Assembly: GCF_000315625.1 (NCBI RefSeq)
Contig: NW_005434541.1
Span: forward strand, 1-48,172
Reading direction: 5' to 3'
Length of the DNA stretch: 48,172 nt
DNA from: Guillardia theta CCMP2712
Lineage: Eukaryota; Protista; Cryptophyta
The notes under the pieces were generated by a model, which made no database searches, was not told the origin of the DNA, and saw nothing but the letters and a program-made list of their open reading frames with translations. Positions 11,520 through 24,949 of the stretch are shown in pieces (the stretch's first letter is position 1; each line of letters opens with the position of its first letter). Position numbers and translations under genes: made by a program.

Positions 11520-12293
11520 TCAACCCTCCATCCCCACCTCACCTTCCATTCTCTCTTCGCTCCCTTCCCATTCCCCCTCGCCTTTCCCTTCCCTTCCCTC
11601 TTCCTTCTCTTGTCCGTCTCCGTTGAAGAACTCCTCCAGCGGCGACAAGTCAAATTTCCTCCGCGTCCCATAGATCGGCAGCCCCACACCATATCGTGCC
11701 ATAATCTCTTGATCAGTCATGAACTTCACCCTGACCTGATTCTCGCCCTTCCTCCACGCGTATGGGTCTTCCTCCTCCTCTTCCTCCCAGGTTTCCTCCA
11801 CCTCTCCCTCTTGGCTAGTTTTCTCTTCTCTGAATGCATCATCCGACAGCAGCGTAGTGCTCCCCTTTCCCACCTCGACGCTTCCATCGGAGCTTCGCGC
11901 CGTACAAGAGACTTCCTCTACCTCCCCGGACTGCTCGAACTGTTCCTTCCTCCTCCTCTGCGCATCGAAGGCGCGGATCGCACCCTTGAAGCTCAACGAG
12001 ATGCCTTCGGGGGACAGCTCCTGCTTCGAGCAAACGCCCTCGTCCTCCTGCTGAGTCTCCCGCAGCACCATCCTCGCCTGCGAGTTCTTCCTCGAGCTCA
12101 GTTTCAGAGCTGCCGCATGGGGCTCCTGCTTCAGCTCCCCCGGGTCGCTCTTCGCCCTCTTCCTCACAAGCGGCATGCTGGGCTGGACGAAGGCTTCAGG
12201 GCAGCTCTCCCACCTTCTTGCCCTCCCTCCTCCCACCGGGGCGCTGCAGCAGCATGCGGCGGCCACGAGCATGAGGAAGTTTAGCCTCCACAT
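11520..12293 (-). CDS. Hypothetical protein with a hydrophobic signal-peptide-like N-terminus and an acidic C-terminal half
   Basis: 257-aa ORF beginning MWRLNFLMLVAAACCCSA, convergent with the channel gene. No recognised domain; the ends may be altered by splicing. Confidence 0.5.
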   Translation of the reverse strand: MWRLNFLMLVAAACCCSAPVGGGRARRWESCPEAFVQPSMPLVRKRAKSDPGELKQEPHAAALKLSSRKNSQARMVLRETQQEDEGVCSKQELSPEGISLSFKGAIRAFDAQRRRKEQFEQSGEVEEVSCTARSSDGSVEVGKGSTTLLSDDAFREEKTSQEGEVEETWEEEEEEDPYAWRKGENQVRVKFMTDQEIMARYGVGLPIYGTRRKFDLSPLEEFFNGDGQEKEEGREGKGEGEWEGSEERMEGEVGMEG

Positions 12294-13080
12294 ATCTGTG
12301 TAGCTCTACTCCACCTCAGGGATCAGCGAGCACGTCCTTGCGCTGAGCTCCATGGTATCCAAGTGCACGAGAGCATGGGCGACGAGCCTTTCCTGCATAC
12401 CAACGAGTGAGAGGCTACAACAAACAGCTGTTCTCTTGAGAAAACCAATCTAGCGCTCCAGAGGGGATCTTTGCTCCTCCTCCTCCTCCTTCATCTGACG
12501 CCCACAATCAAAACTCATCTTCATCTGCATGCCTTGCTCACTCATCGACGTCATTGTCTCTCTATCCACTTCGTCCACCCTCCCGCTCTGACTTCGCTCT
12601 TGGACCCTGCCAGCCTCCTTCACTTCCCAAACTCTGACCTGGTTCTGCTCTTCCCCTCTTGTCCTGTAACGATCTCATGTGACCTCTACTTCGAACTCGA
12701 ATGATTCTGCATCATCCATCCTCTCCTGCCTGTTCTCCTCCTTCCATCCTCCTCCCTCCAACCTGTCCTGTTTGTTCTGTTCCTTCGTCCCCTGGCCCAC
12801 ATCGACCTCCCCTCCCCTCTCCTCGCCGCCTCTCTCCATCTCACTTCTTCCTGCCATGTCTCTACTCTCTCCTTTCTCCCGTCTTCACTACCATTTCTCT
12901 TCCACCCTCCTCCTCTCTCCCTCCTCTTCCATCCCCGTTCCCCTCTCCGCTCCCTGCATTTTCAGTGGGGTTTACATCCCTGCCTGGACCCCTCACCCCC
13001 TCCTTTTACCATTGGACCACCCACCATACCCCATCGACCGGATCACAACCTATCGCCACCGGGCCTTCAAGCTAGTAACA

Positions 13081-16000
13081 ATGGAGGGCAAGCGGTCCAA
13101 GTGGGCAGACAGCGAGGAGGAGGGGGAGGAGGAGGAGGAGGTGAAGGACAAGGACGAGGTAAGTTCCTCCTGCTTCTCGCTCATCTCCCTTCCTCCTCCT
13201 CCTCCTCTCCGTGTATCCGCAGCCGCAGCCGCAGCCGCAGCCTCTTTGGATCCCGCCCTTTCTCCCTCCTCGATGCGACAATATCGCTCATCTTGTTTTC
13301 TTCATTCTCACCACTCATCATCCTCTCAATCATCCTCCTCTCTTCTATCCCTCTATCCTCCTCATCGCTTCCTCGCGCCCTCCTCCTCCCTCTCTACTCT
13401 CCATGCCAGGATCAATTTTCAAACCAAGCCGCACATAACGTCCTAGCAGGTGAAGGCGGCAGGTCCTCCGCCAGCCAAGAAGTCGAAATGGGAGACCACT
13501 CCATCTCCGAGGGCCGAGAAAGGAGAGGAAGAAGGGCCCAAGGGCGAAGCGGCTGGGAAGGAGGGGCAGGCGGATTTGGTAGGGGAGCATGCGTTTCGGA
13601 ACTGCAGGGTGAAATCCATTCAGGCAGCTCGAGCGACTGAGACAGGAGATGCGACGTCGGCGCTGGACATGCTGGAGGACAAGTTCGATCCTTTCTCTTC
13701 TCCCTTCGTTCTCTTACAGCAAGGAGCAGGCTGGCGGCTGGCGGCGCAGAGGGGCTAGCAGAGCAGCAGGTTGAAAGCTGGAGGGTGTGTAGGAGGAGCA
13801 TGAGACATTGTCGACTTGTGCAGGAGGTGCAGAATGCAGGAGAAGAGGGGGAGAAGGGAGAGACAGCGGCTGAAGCCAAGGAAAGCGAAGCGCAGCCCAT
13901 CATCGTCCAGTACAAGAAGGAGCTGAATCGGTGCAGGGAGGTAGACAGGTCCTACAAGAAGCTCAACAAGATTGACGAGGGGACGTATGGAGTTGTGTAC
14001 AGAGCGGAGTATGCCTGTGCTCTCGATGATGGAGCTGTCCTCACGCGCTCTCCCTGTGCTTCAGGTGCAAGATATCGAAGAGGATCGTGGCTTTGAAGCA
14101 GGTTCGATCGCTGTCGCATGCTTGCATTGGTCCCTTGACGGCCAGCCGCTGTCTCAGGTGAAGCTCGAGAGAGCAATCGAGGGCTTCCCCTTGACGGCTC
14201 TACGTGAACTGACGGTAAGCATGTGAAGGAGCTGGCGCTGCAGATGAAATCTTACTTTTACACCCTGCCTTCCTCCTTCCTCCTCCCACTCTCCCGCACT
14301 CCCTCTTCCTCCCTCCTACCTCCTCCCTCCTCCCTCTCCAGGTCCTCCTGGGCCTCCGACACCCCAACATAGTGGACGTTATCGAGATCGTGATCAGCCC
14401 GAAGAAGCAGGTGCGAGAGCGGGAGGGGGAGCAGCAGCGCCGGGGCAGCAGGAGAGCGTGACGAGGCATGCAGGTCTTCATGGTCATGGAGTATATGGAG
14501 CATGATTTCCGGGCCCTCATGGAGACGATGAAGGCCCCGTTCCGCACTGGACAGGCAGCAGCAGCTGGGGGAGAGCTGGAGAGAGCGGTGACGATTCTGT
14601 GCTCCGCAGGTGAAGTGCCTGATGAAGCAGCTGCTGAGCGGGGTGGAGTTCATGCACAGGTCCAAGAAGGAGGAGGGCAAAGAGGAGAGGAGAGGGGAGG
14701 AGGAGGAGGAGGAGGAGGAGGAGGAGGAGGAGGAGGAGGAGGAGGAGGAGGAGGAGGAGGAGGAGGAGGAGGAGGCAGAGGAGATGGTTGTGGTGGAAAG
14801 GAGGGGGTGGGAGACAGTGAAGGAAGGAGGAGAGGCAACGAGGAGGGTGGAGGTGGGAAATATGAGGAGGAGTGAAAGAGGAGGGGAGGAGGGAAGGAGG
14901 AGGAGTGAAAGAGGAGGGGAGGTGGAAGGAGGAAGAGGCTGGGATGGGGGGGGTTCGAACCGCTTCCTGCAGGCACTGGGTGATCCACCGGGACCTCAAG
15001 ACCTCGAACCTGGTGCGTTGACTTCCGAGGGTTCCACGGGCTTGACTAGGTCGGGACTTTCAGTTGCTGGACAACAAGGGATGCCTCAAAGTATGCGACT
15101 TCGGGCTCGCAAGAAAGGTCCTCCACCCTCCCCTTCCTTTCTCCCTCCACCTTCCCACCTCCTGTCCCCTCGAGCCCCAGCACGCATCCCTGCTCAGTCT
15201 GCCCCTCTCCTTTGCCTTCTCACCTGCTCCTTCTCGTCTCCTCCCTTGTTGACTTCGATATCCAGTACCACGACCCTGTCAAGGCGATGACGCCTGAGGT
15301 TGTCACTCTGTGGTACCGGGCTCCAGAGCTCCTCTACGGGGAAAAGGTATGCAAAATTACCCATTCTCTCCTTTCTCCGCTTCCAGCTCTACTCCAGCTC
15401 TACTGCAGATCATGATCTGCCAGTGCTACCCCTCTTGCTCCGCCGCTCTCTGCCTCCTCCTCAACCTCCTCCTTCGTCCATCCCCCTCCTCCCCTCCATA
15501 CTTCCCTCCTCACGGAACTGGTCAGCACTACTCGATCGCCATCGATATGTGGTCGGTCGGTTGCATCTTTGCCGAGTTGGTGCTCAAGGTGAAGAAACGC
15601 AGGAGAAGAGGAAGGAGAGGAAGGAGGAGGGGGGGTTGGTGGATGAAGGGGAGTTGATCTATGGAGGAGGAGGGGTTGGAGGAGGAAGAGGGGGTCGATG
15701 GAGGAGTGGGAGTGGGGGTGAGGGGTGGTCGGCTGTGGAGGAGGAGATTTGCTGACCTCTCCTCCTCCTCTAGGAGCCGCTGCTGCGAGGAAAGACGGAG
15801 CAAGATCAGAGGGACAAGATCGTCGAGCTCATCGGTTGTCATGATGGGAGGACGAGGAGGATGGAGAGGAAGGACGAAGGGAGATGCAGGGTCTATAGGA
15901 TGATGATGGCGACTACGATGATGAAGATGATAATGATGATGATGAGAGGGAGGGTATGAGGGGGTTGGAAGAGAAGGGGAAGAGCATGTTATGAGGGCTG

Positions 16001-17055
16001 TCAGGCCGGAAGGAGCCTGATGCTTGCTCGGCAGGAACACCAGACGAGGAGACGTGGCCCAAGTTCAAGGAGCTGCCGCTCTCAAAGGTCAGCTGAGCTC
16101 CTGCTGGGCACGGACAGTCCGACTGACCCCCTGCCGATCAGCATGTGAGGTACAAGAGGAGAAAAAACACTCTCCGAGACAAGATACCCAAGGCACCAGC
16201 ACATGCTTGCTCCCTCTCCCCCTCCTCTCACTCTCCCTTCCCCCAGGTCTCCTACACTGGTGGACCTTCCTTGAGCGACCTTGGGTTCGAGATGCTATCT
16301 CGCCTCCTCTACTATGACCCGGGTAAGCCTCCAGTGACCGGAGAGGTTGACTGAGTAAGGAATTAAGAGGGTGAGGGTAGCAGGAGGATATGAGGAGAGG
16401 AAGGGAGTTGGAGGGCAGGAGGTAATGGGACAGAGCGGAGGGAAGGAGGGCTTCGTGGAGAGGAAGAAAGAAAGAGTTACGAGACGTGGGTAGGTCAGTA
16501 TGGGAAGGAAGAAGGCAGGAGAGGAAGAGGGAGGGAGGGAGGGAGGGAGGGAGGGAGGGAGGGAGGGAGGGAGGAAAGGGGTAGGAGAGCAGAGCAGGGG
16601 AGTGGAGGGATGAACAAGGGAGGGTTACATGCCCCTGCAGAGCGTCGATGGACCGCCAAACGTGCTCTTGAGTCAGAGTTCTTCAAAGAGGTCTGCTACT
16701 CCCCTCTCCCCCCCCCCTCCTCTTCCCTCCCCCCGTCCTCCATTCCCTCTTCTCCTCCCTCTTCCCTTCCTCCTGTAAGGATCGTTCCTCATCGTGCTCG
16801 ACCAGGCGCCTCTCGCATGCAAGCCGGAGGACATGCCGACATGGCCCAGCACGGTGCTGCTTGCCCTCGCTGCCCACGGGAGCTGACAGTTTGGCAGCAC
16901 GACGAGCCAAAGGGGAGCAGGAAGAAGAAAATGACGCCTGAGGTCGACGACAGGTGGGAGTCAGCTGGAGGAGGGAGCGGAGCTCTTCTTAGTTGCGATG
17001 CAGGGCGGCGGCCTACTTCGACGAGGATGGACGTTTCAACAGGGCGAGCGATTGA
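13081..17055 (+). CDS. CDK11: Cyclin-dependent kinase, CDK11/PITSLRE/CDKG subfamily
   Basis: Exons give KLNKIDEGTYGVVYRA, IVALKQ|VKLE, EGFPLTALRE, HPNIV, VFMVMEYMEHD, VKCLMKQLLSG, VIHRDLKTSNL, LKVCDFGLAR, TPEVVTLWYRAPELL, IDMWSVGCIFAE, TPDEETWP and LSDLGFEMLSRLLYYDP. Start MEGKRSKWAD at 13081, stop TGA at 17053-17055. Confidence 0.93.
14697..14776. repeat. (GAG)n microsatellite in a CDK11 intron
   Basis: Long near-perfect GAG run between kinase exons. Confidence 0.95.
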
Positions 17056-17240
17056 AGGAGGGGAGGGGTAGCTTCAAGGGTCCATGGTGGTGAATATGGG
17101 TGATGAAGATGAACAAGTGAACATGAAGGTTGACATCGTGGTGTGTTGATATCAAGAAAGAAATGAAGATTCAAGTAGGAGTTTCGGAGGAGTTCCCTAT
17201 CGACATCTCCTCTTCGCGAAGTTCCTCATTAAGAGTTGAC

Positions 17241-17279
<39 letters not shown>

Positions 17280-17425
17280 TTGTCAATCTGTTCTTCGTTT
17301 CCGTTGAAAGTTACCCCCCTACCCCAAAAGTTTCATCCACCTACCCCCCACTTTCACTACAATCACCATCTGTGATAGACCCGTGCTTAATCACCCCACC
17401 CTGCAAGTTGTCATAGCTGCTAGCA

Positions 17426-18592
17426 ATGGTGGACGGGGATGGTGGGTTGGTAGCATGGCTGGTGGCGGCGGAGGATGGAGCAGGCGAGGGTCTGCAAGAC
17501 GATCAGCTGAACTCTCTGCTGGAGAGCCTCCTCTCACACCAGGTCGACCCTCGTGAGCTCGCAGCATTCCCTGCCCAGCAGGGGGAGCAAGACGAGAAGG
17601 CGGCATTGAAGTCAGGAGCGCAGACAGTGTTGGTGAGGGAAGGAGGGAGGGAGGGAGGGAGGGAAGGGGGGGAGGGAGGGAGCTGACGACTATGACAGGA
17701 TCTCATCACTCAGACGTTCTTGTACGGCTCTGAGAACGGCAGGCAGCTCGTCATCCGCATCCTTCACGCCATGGCCCTGCAGCGGAAGATGTTATGGGAG
17801 AGCCTGAGCAAGAGGAAGTTTGAAAGCGGCATCGCCTTCATCAAGCTCTTCGGTAAGCTTCCCAGCGGTGAGGTCGAGAGCATGTGGCTCCTCCTCATCG
17901 CCGACCTCTGCGTCATGCCGGAGGCTGCCAAGAAGGTCAGTCAGATTCTCTCCTCCTCCAAGGACACGCTGGACAAGGTCTTGACGCTCGTGGGGACCTC
18001 CAGCGCGCACGAGGACAGGGTGCATGCTTCGAGGATAGTGCGCTTCGTGTGCGCTCATGAGCCGCTGAAGGGCAAGATCTTGACGCTGCAAGGAGTAGTC
18101 ATGAAGTTCTCCAGGCTGCTGGTGCTGCCAGGGGACGAGCAGGCGGAGCTGCTGGCGCTGCCCTCCAAGATCCAGTCGCGTCCTACGTCGAGGCAGAACC
18201 AGGCGGAAGGTCAATCGACCTTCCGAGGGAGCAGGGGAGGGGCGCAGAAGCAGACGGCGGTGAAGCGAACGCCGAGCAAGGGGAAGCTAAACGCTATCAC
18301 TGAGGACGACGAGCCCCTGTCGGTGGTCGAGGAGAGGAGCATGGAGGTGGACAGCGAGTCGGGCCCGATCTCCCGCGCTGCCTCCGGGGCCCGGAGGCAG
18401 TCGGTGTCGAGCATACCGTCGGAGGGGAAGGGGAGGAGGAAGAGCGACGCCGTCAAAACTGAGCTTTTCGTCTTGACCCTGGACAACGCTTCCTCCTCCC
18501 ATAGAGTGCAGGGCAACATAGCAGCGGTTCTCTAGCCCCCCCTCCCCCTCTTACCCGCTACCTGCCCTTCCAGTGCGCTCCTGCTCCCTCTT

Positions 18593-18646
<54 letters not shown>

Positions 18647-19933
18647 ACCATATCTGCCGTGACTGAAGAGGCTGTGTAGACGGTGGCCACCATCCTGCAG
18701 GATGAGAAGAACTTGTCGGTGAGCTCTCAAGCCATTTCGGATTCTGCTGAACTAGTTTCTAGTCGCTCGCAGAGCATCACTTGAGCTCCTTGGTCACTCC
18801 CCTCCTCCGCCTCTTCCGCAAGTCGCATGGGTACACGAATCACCCTCTTCCCTGTCCTGTCTTGCTCCTCCCTCTGCTCTGCTCTGCTCTGCTCTGCTCT
18901 GCTCTGCTCTCACAGGCTCTCTAACTCTACCTCAGGTCGGCGCAAGAGCATGCTCTGAGAGCTCTCGGCAACCTCTTCGCCAAGCGGGGCTGCACTAGCC
19001 TCCTCCACAGCCTCGACACCCTCACAGACGTGGTGGAGGACCCGCCCAAGAAAGTCTCCTCCTCCCGCTCTGCAGACTTCTGTACCTCCTCCTCCTCCTG
19101 GTCCAGCATGACGATGACAAGACGCGCAGGTGTGCAGGTCCTCCTGCATCCTCTGCTCCAGGTCCTCCTGCAAGGAAGCGCGCGGGCTCAACAGTACGCC
19201 GCCCTGCTCGTAGCGAATTTGGTGAACGAACATGCACTAGATGTCCTCCCCCCCCCCCTCATCCTTGTCCTTGTCCTCCTCGCGCTTCTTCTTGTGCCCT
19301 CGTCCTCCCTCGCCCTCGCCCTCGTCGCCTTCTCGTCACCTCCTCCTTCTACTTTCTCATGCACTTGTTTGTGCTTGTCGTAGTCTGACTGTGGATCGCA
19401 AGGCGTGCGATGAGGCAGTATCACGCATTATCCTGGATGTGAGGGAGGGAGGGAGGGAGGGAGGGAGGGAGGGAGGGAGGGAGGGAGGGAGGGAGGGAGG
19501 GATGGATGGATGGATGGAGGGAGGGAGGGATAGGAAGGGAACGTGACTCAAGAGGCAGGTGCCAGAGCTGATCGAAGTCGTTCAATCTCGCTATCACGAT
19601 CACCTCCAAGGGTGAGTGGGTGCCAACTCAGCACACCTGACTGCCCAGCAGGAACCGAGCTCGAGCTCCGACTCCCGACCTCTCGTCCAGCAGCCTGCTA
19701 GATCTCAGCTCGACAAAGAGCACGTGGGTCACCGACATATCTGGTAAGGTTCCCCTGCTCCGTGAGGGCAGACGACTGACGGCCGAGCCCAAGGGGGAGG
19801 AGGAGGAGGAGGGGGGATCGTTGGACCAACCTGCGGCGAGCTGTGCGGAGTCGCGCTGAGCAATCTGGCGAGGAGCAGAGTGGTGCCGTTCGGGGCGAAG
19901 ACGAAAGGGAACTTGAAGTTTGCAACCTTGTAG
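17426..19933 (+). CDS. Multi-exon protein with ARM/HEAT-like helical repeats
   Basis: Exons are separated by GT-AG introns. Segments such as LHPLLQVLLQGSARAQQYAALLVANL, EDRVHASRIVRFVC and CGELCGVALSNLAR resemble armadillo repeats. Family not identified. Confidence 0.6.
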
Positions 19934-20084
19934 ATGAGAAGGGGGAGGAGAGAAGTTGTCGTGAGATGTTGTACATTGATGCTAACAAGAGCCCATCGCA
20001 TCTCTGCCTCCCCTCGCTCCTCTCACCAGCTGCGGCTCCATTCCTTCGTTCCCGACGCGCGAGGAAGCGAGCAGGACGAGCACG

Positions 20085-21162
20085 TCACTTTACACTCCCG
20101 CCTTCATCTCCCGGGATGGAGTAGACGACCTTAGAGCCTTGGTAGAGGATGCGAGGAGAGTTCATTGTAGTCCCCTGCTGCCATGCTCCAGACTTCAGTA
20201 CTGAGTTCATCTGAGGAGGGGGGGGGAAAGAGTTGTGAGGAGACGAGCCTGCGGGTTGTACTACATGACCGTTCCCAGCATGTGGCGGGAAGTGCACTTG
20301 CTGCATGTTCATCTGCATGGGAGGCGTGTAGACTGACGGCTGTCCGGGCCTCGCCTGCTGTAGGCCGTGATGGGGGAGCAACTGCTGGTAGCGCATGTCG
20401 GGGTACTGAGGGGAGAACTCCACCTGCGCCTGGGTAGTGTCCAGAACCGTCTCCTCGCCGCTCCTCGGCGTGCTCATGTTCGGGCTGAAGGGCCCTGGAG
20501 GCTCCCTCGTAACCATTCGCTCCATCCTCGTGCCAGTAGCCATCCTGTCTCTCGGAGACGCCATGGGAGCATGAGCATTCTTCTCCCTCTGCCCTGACGG
20601 GGCCCTCCCATCGCGCGGCGTGCTCATCGGCGTGCTCATCGGCGTGCCTCGAGGAGTCGCACTCGGAGAGCTCACAGACAGTCCCTGCAGGAGGAGGAGA
20701 GTGAGATACGTCACACCGTCAACATAAGGAGCAAGAAAAAGGCAGGACGAGCAAGAAGCAAGCAAGACAGACGTCTGCAGCAGCAGCAGCAGCAGCAGCA
20801 GCACTCACCCCTTTCATGGTTGTCACGATGAACTCGAGGGGAGCTATCACGATGTTGCCATTTTCCAGGGCCGACTGCTTCCTCGGAGACTCCAGCGCAG
20901 CCCCTCCTGTGGAGTCGGGCCGGTGCTTCAGCTTCGGAACGTAGATCTCCTCCGACCCGACCCGCTGCTCGGGGACCATCATGCGAGGAGTCTTGCACGA
21001 CATGTCTCGATCTATCCTCTCGACGCCCGCCTGGCTGTGCATTCCATGCAAACCTCTGAGGGGCTGTTGCTCGGCGATCGCCCTCAGTCGAGAGTTGTTT
21101 TTGTGCTCAATGTCATATTTGTCCACCTTCCTTGGCTCGCACGCGCTACAAGCTTGTCCCAT
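20085..21162 (-). CDS. Low-complexity Pro/Ser/Gln-rich protein with an N-terminal MGQACSAC acylation motif
   Basis: Two long ORFs are joined in frame by GT-AG intron 20685-20808 (TTMKG|GLSVSS). It contains many S/T-P-R motifs. Confidence 0.65.
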
Positions 21163-21858
21163 GCTTCTGATCGCCCAGTTGAAAGCTCAAGGGCACGGTG
21201 TTTTTTGTATCAAGTTCGCCGATAATCACAGGACATTGAACTACAACAAGCAAAACGTCAGTATGTACTTGAGGGTATCCATAGGAGGGAATGCTAGAAA
21301 GAGATCGAATTGTCCAACAACCAAGAGTATGATGAAGATCATGACAGCTCAGGGTGAGCATATCGGAGTTCATAACAAGTGGGCATTGCTTGGAATTGCC
21401 AATGTCAAATTGCGCATTAGGAGTACAGAAAAAGACAAGGAAAGGGGTGGAGCAAGGACTGCAGTAAGAGAACAAGTTCAAGAGTTGATCATCATATCAG
21501 AGTGAGAGGACAACAGGTCAGAGTTGATGATTATCGTGCATTGATATCGCAAGTGACATTGAAAATGCCGAAAGACCCGAAAGACCCTATCGGCCTCTGT
21601 GCATGAAAAAGGGTTGCAGGGTAACGACCCTCTCAACCGGCCTTCCACCCCTGCCAACCTATGCGATGTACCCCTGGTACCCTCGACAGAAATAAGGTAC
21701 AACACATACATTTGAATATATCACAGATACATTCAAAAAACTCTATATAAGCTATACCAGTACATCTATTAGCGATACATTATCTTCAGGTGCTGTATGA
21801 GCCCTCGGGATTCCTGTCGGGCAGATCGAGCGATCCATGGCTACCCCTCGCCCGCGCG

Positions 21859-21943
21859 CCTCCTCCTCCTCCTCCTCCTCCTCCTCCTCCTCCTCCTCCT
21901 CCTCCTCCTCCTCCTCCTCCTCCTCCTCCTCCTCCTCCTCCTC
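21859..21943. repeat. (CCT)n microsatellite
   Basis: Long perfect CCT run near the uncertain 5' end of AHI1. Confidence 0.95.
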
Positions 21944-22071
21944 TTCCCCATCTTCGTCTTCCTCCTCCTCCTTGTCACCCGTCTCCTTGTTCCCACCTGG
22001 AACACTCCCATACATCTCATCACTTCCCTTCATGCCAGGTTGCTAATGCGCAGATGTGACAATCGAGCCAG

Positions 22072-24890
22072 GAGACATTCATCCCTCTGAAGGATGGCCG
22101 AGGAAGGGGGGAGGATGACAATGATGATTACCAGGATGACGATGGTGAGTGGGAGCTGCATGATTCGGCTCCAACACCGCGATCAGAGACGGAAGAAGAC
22201 TTCACCACCATCCAACGAAGCGCAAGCGACAGCCTCTCGGCATACGACAGCTTGATCCGCACCCCTCGGCGGCTCTCACGATTCCGCTCAGCAGGCCATC
22301 ACCCGGCAAGATCAGGCCGATGGAATGCTCCCAAGATCGATCTCAACTCGTCTCCCAGGAATTCGAGCCCGAACGAGGCATCGTTCGGTAGGGCACAAAC
22401 GTCGCCATCGCTGATAACAAGGCTCTCCAGCAGTCCTTTCCGAGCCACATTCCTAAGGAAACGGATCCCGGCAAAACCTCTCCATCCTCCTCCCTTGGAT
22501 TCTTTCGAGGACAAGGAGGAGGACAACGTGCCAGACAGCATCGTTGCAGAGGCTGAAATAGTGATCAATGCAGCTGAAAATTTCCTTCGCTCCATTCCAG
22601 CGAGCATCCAGACGTTTGAAAGGGTGCTGTCGGAGCTGGGCAGCGCCCTGGAGGGGGGAGGCAGCCAAGGGGCCGACAGAGACCTGCTGATGCAGAAAGA
22701 GCAGACGATCAGAGACAGGATACAGCATTGCGGGACAGCCGAGGTTGAAATCAACAATGTGAAGACATGGCTGCGCGATCAGATCTCGAACCGCACCATC
22801 GTGCCGAACCTCTTTCGAGCGAACATTCAGCGCCTGTCGAACATGATCGAGATCGCGCAGAAGAATTTGACTTCCCCCGCTGATGAGGTGCTTGTTGTCA
22901 CTGTAGAGGGGACCGGGCCGCTCGACGCTGTCGAGGAGATCGACAAGGTTTGTGTGCTAGTTTCTGTGGTGAACAGAGCTACGGGGGTGTTCCTGAAGAA
23001 GAGCAGGACGCTAAGGTATCCTGCATGGACTGCAGATGTCCTGTGTCTGATGTGGGTTTGCAGTACTGTGATTCAGAGGTATGAGAAACGAGCCGTCCTC
23101 GATGTGAAGTACTCTAGGGATTCCAAGAGCCGGCAGATCCAGTATCGGCCGACGGCAGAAGGATATTCGTATATACTCCCATGCCTGACGCAGCCGTCCG
23201 ACGTCGGCAACGAGAGCTACGTCCTGCCTTCTGGGTCCTCCATGCCTTCAAAGTACCGTCCGGCCTGGAATGAAGAATTCCTGTACGACGAAGAGGTCTG
23301 TTGAGAAGAAGAGACCTGTTGTGCTGCTACACGTTAAGAGGTTTCCTCGCCCTCCATCGCTCTTGTCGGGCACTCGACGACTCTGATCTCACGCTCTTCC
23401 TCTCCTTCGTCTTCTCATCCTCTCAGCCTGCAACCACCCATCCCTCTTGCCGTCACCGGCAGGCTGACTTTGACACCTTAGGTGGAGCATCTGCTGGGAG
23501 AAGACGTCGTCTTCTTCTTCGAGATCATCGACCTCGTCGACACCTCCCGCTCGTCTCTGCCGCAAGGGCAACGTCCTTGGAACCGAATCGCGTGGGCGTT
23601 CTATCGGCCGAGCAACCTGGCATCCGAGCAGGACCAGGGCGTGAGGAGGAAGTCTGCTGGGAAGGAGAGGCCCAGCTCTCTTGCGAGGTCCCTTGGGAAG
23701 TCTCTAGATCTCCAGCTCTACAGATACTCTTGGCCCTGGCTGTCAAGAACTTGGAGGGGTCTGACAGGATCGCCGTCCCCAGCAGCCGCTGACTTCAACA
23801 GCCAGTGCGTTGCCTACAGGTCCTGGAGTCGGGGAAAGCCTTCCGGGCCCCGGCCCTCCTGGAAGCCGTACCCGAGTACCCTCTCAGTAACCTTCGAGAG
23901 GATCGCTCGGCCCGTCCTCGAGATCGTCCCCAGGAGCATCCCAGCCGACGTCTCAGTCCGTGAAGTCACCCTGACAAACTTCTTTGCGGTCTCCGGCGTC
24001 AGCCTGCACGTGCGGGCGACCGAGGCCCTGTGGAAGGGCGACGAAGTTCAGATCGCTTTTCCCGACAGTCGCTGGGTGGGGAGGCTCACTGGAGCTTCGA
24101 CGAGCCCACAGGGGACGCTACGAGGCCTCGGGAGCGGAAAGGAGGGAGTACTTAGGGTGAGGGATCCTTCGAGCCTGCGCGCTGCTCTGCGTGACTTTCC
24201 TGTCCCGTCCTCCTAGTTCCAGGTCCAGCGCTCGCTGGGGAGGGAGCCAGCGTTTGAGATCCGGTTGACCATTGAAGTTGTCCTGCACTACGGTGAGCTC
24301 GGGCAACGTCCTTGCGATATCCCGCTGAACCATGTCCTTGCCTTGTCCGCTCCCGCCCTGCAGTGATGAAGCATCCGAGCAAGCTCCGAGTCCACGTGGA
24401 GGTGACGAGGACGAGGTCGTCCATGCCCTGGCAGCTGGAGCAGGAGAGCACTATGGCGGGGGAGCATGACTCTGTGACGAGGATGCGGAGGAGCGCGCAG
24501 CTCAAGACTGAAGGTAGAAGTTCTCCGCTATTCCCTCCTCCCTCCCCTCCCCATCTTCTTCCACCGCGAGACCCAAACAAGCCCTGACTCCCCTCCTCCA
24601 GCAGATGACAAGCAGCCAGCTGACCCCAAGATACACGACCTTCTTAGAGCAAGGCTGGACAAGGCTTCCCGTCAGGTAGAGCCTTGTTTCCTATGTCTGC
24701 ACTCGAATGATCGCGGCCCTTAGGGCAACTGGTGTAGAGTCCCTGAGAGGGTCAGGTCTTCGCTCGCGACAGGGGCCGGCGGCTGTTCTTGTGTCGAGTT
24801 CTGCTCGTCGGCGAACCTCGTGGCAGTGGCGATGTGCAATGATCACGTGGTCCTGCTGCTCCTGCTCCTGCTCCTGCCCCTGCCCCTGCC

Positions 24891-24949
<59 letters not shown>

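Noticed and set aside
14468-15290. Poly-Glu, poly-Gly, poly-Pro and poly-Leu ORFs here and at 21.8, 24.7-25.5 and 29.6-31.3 kb
   Set aside because: They are translations of microsatellites, and the conserved motifs splice around them.
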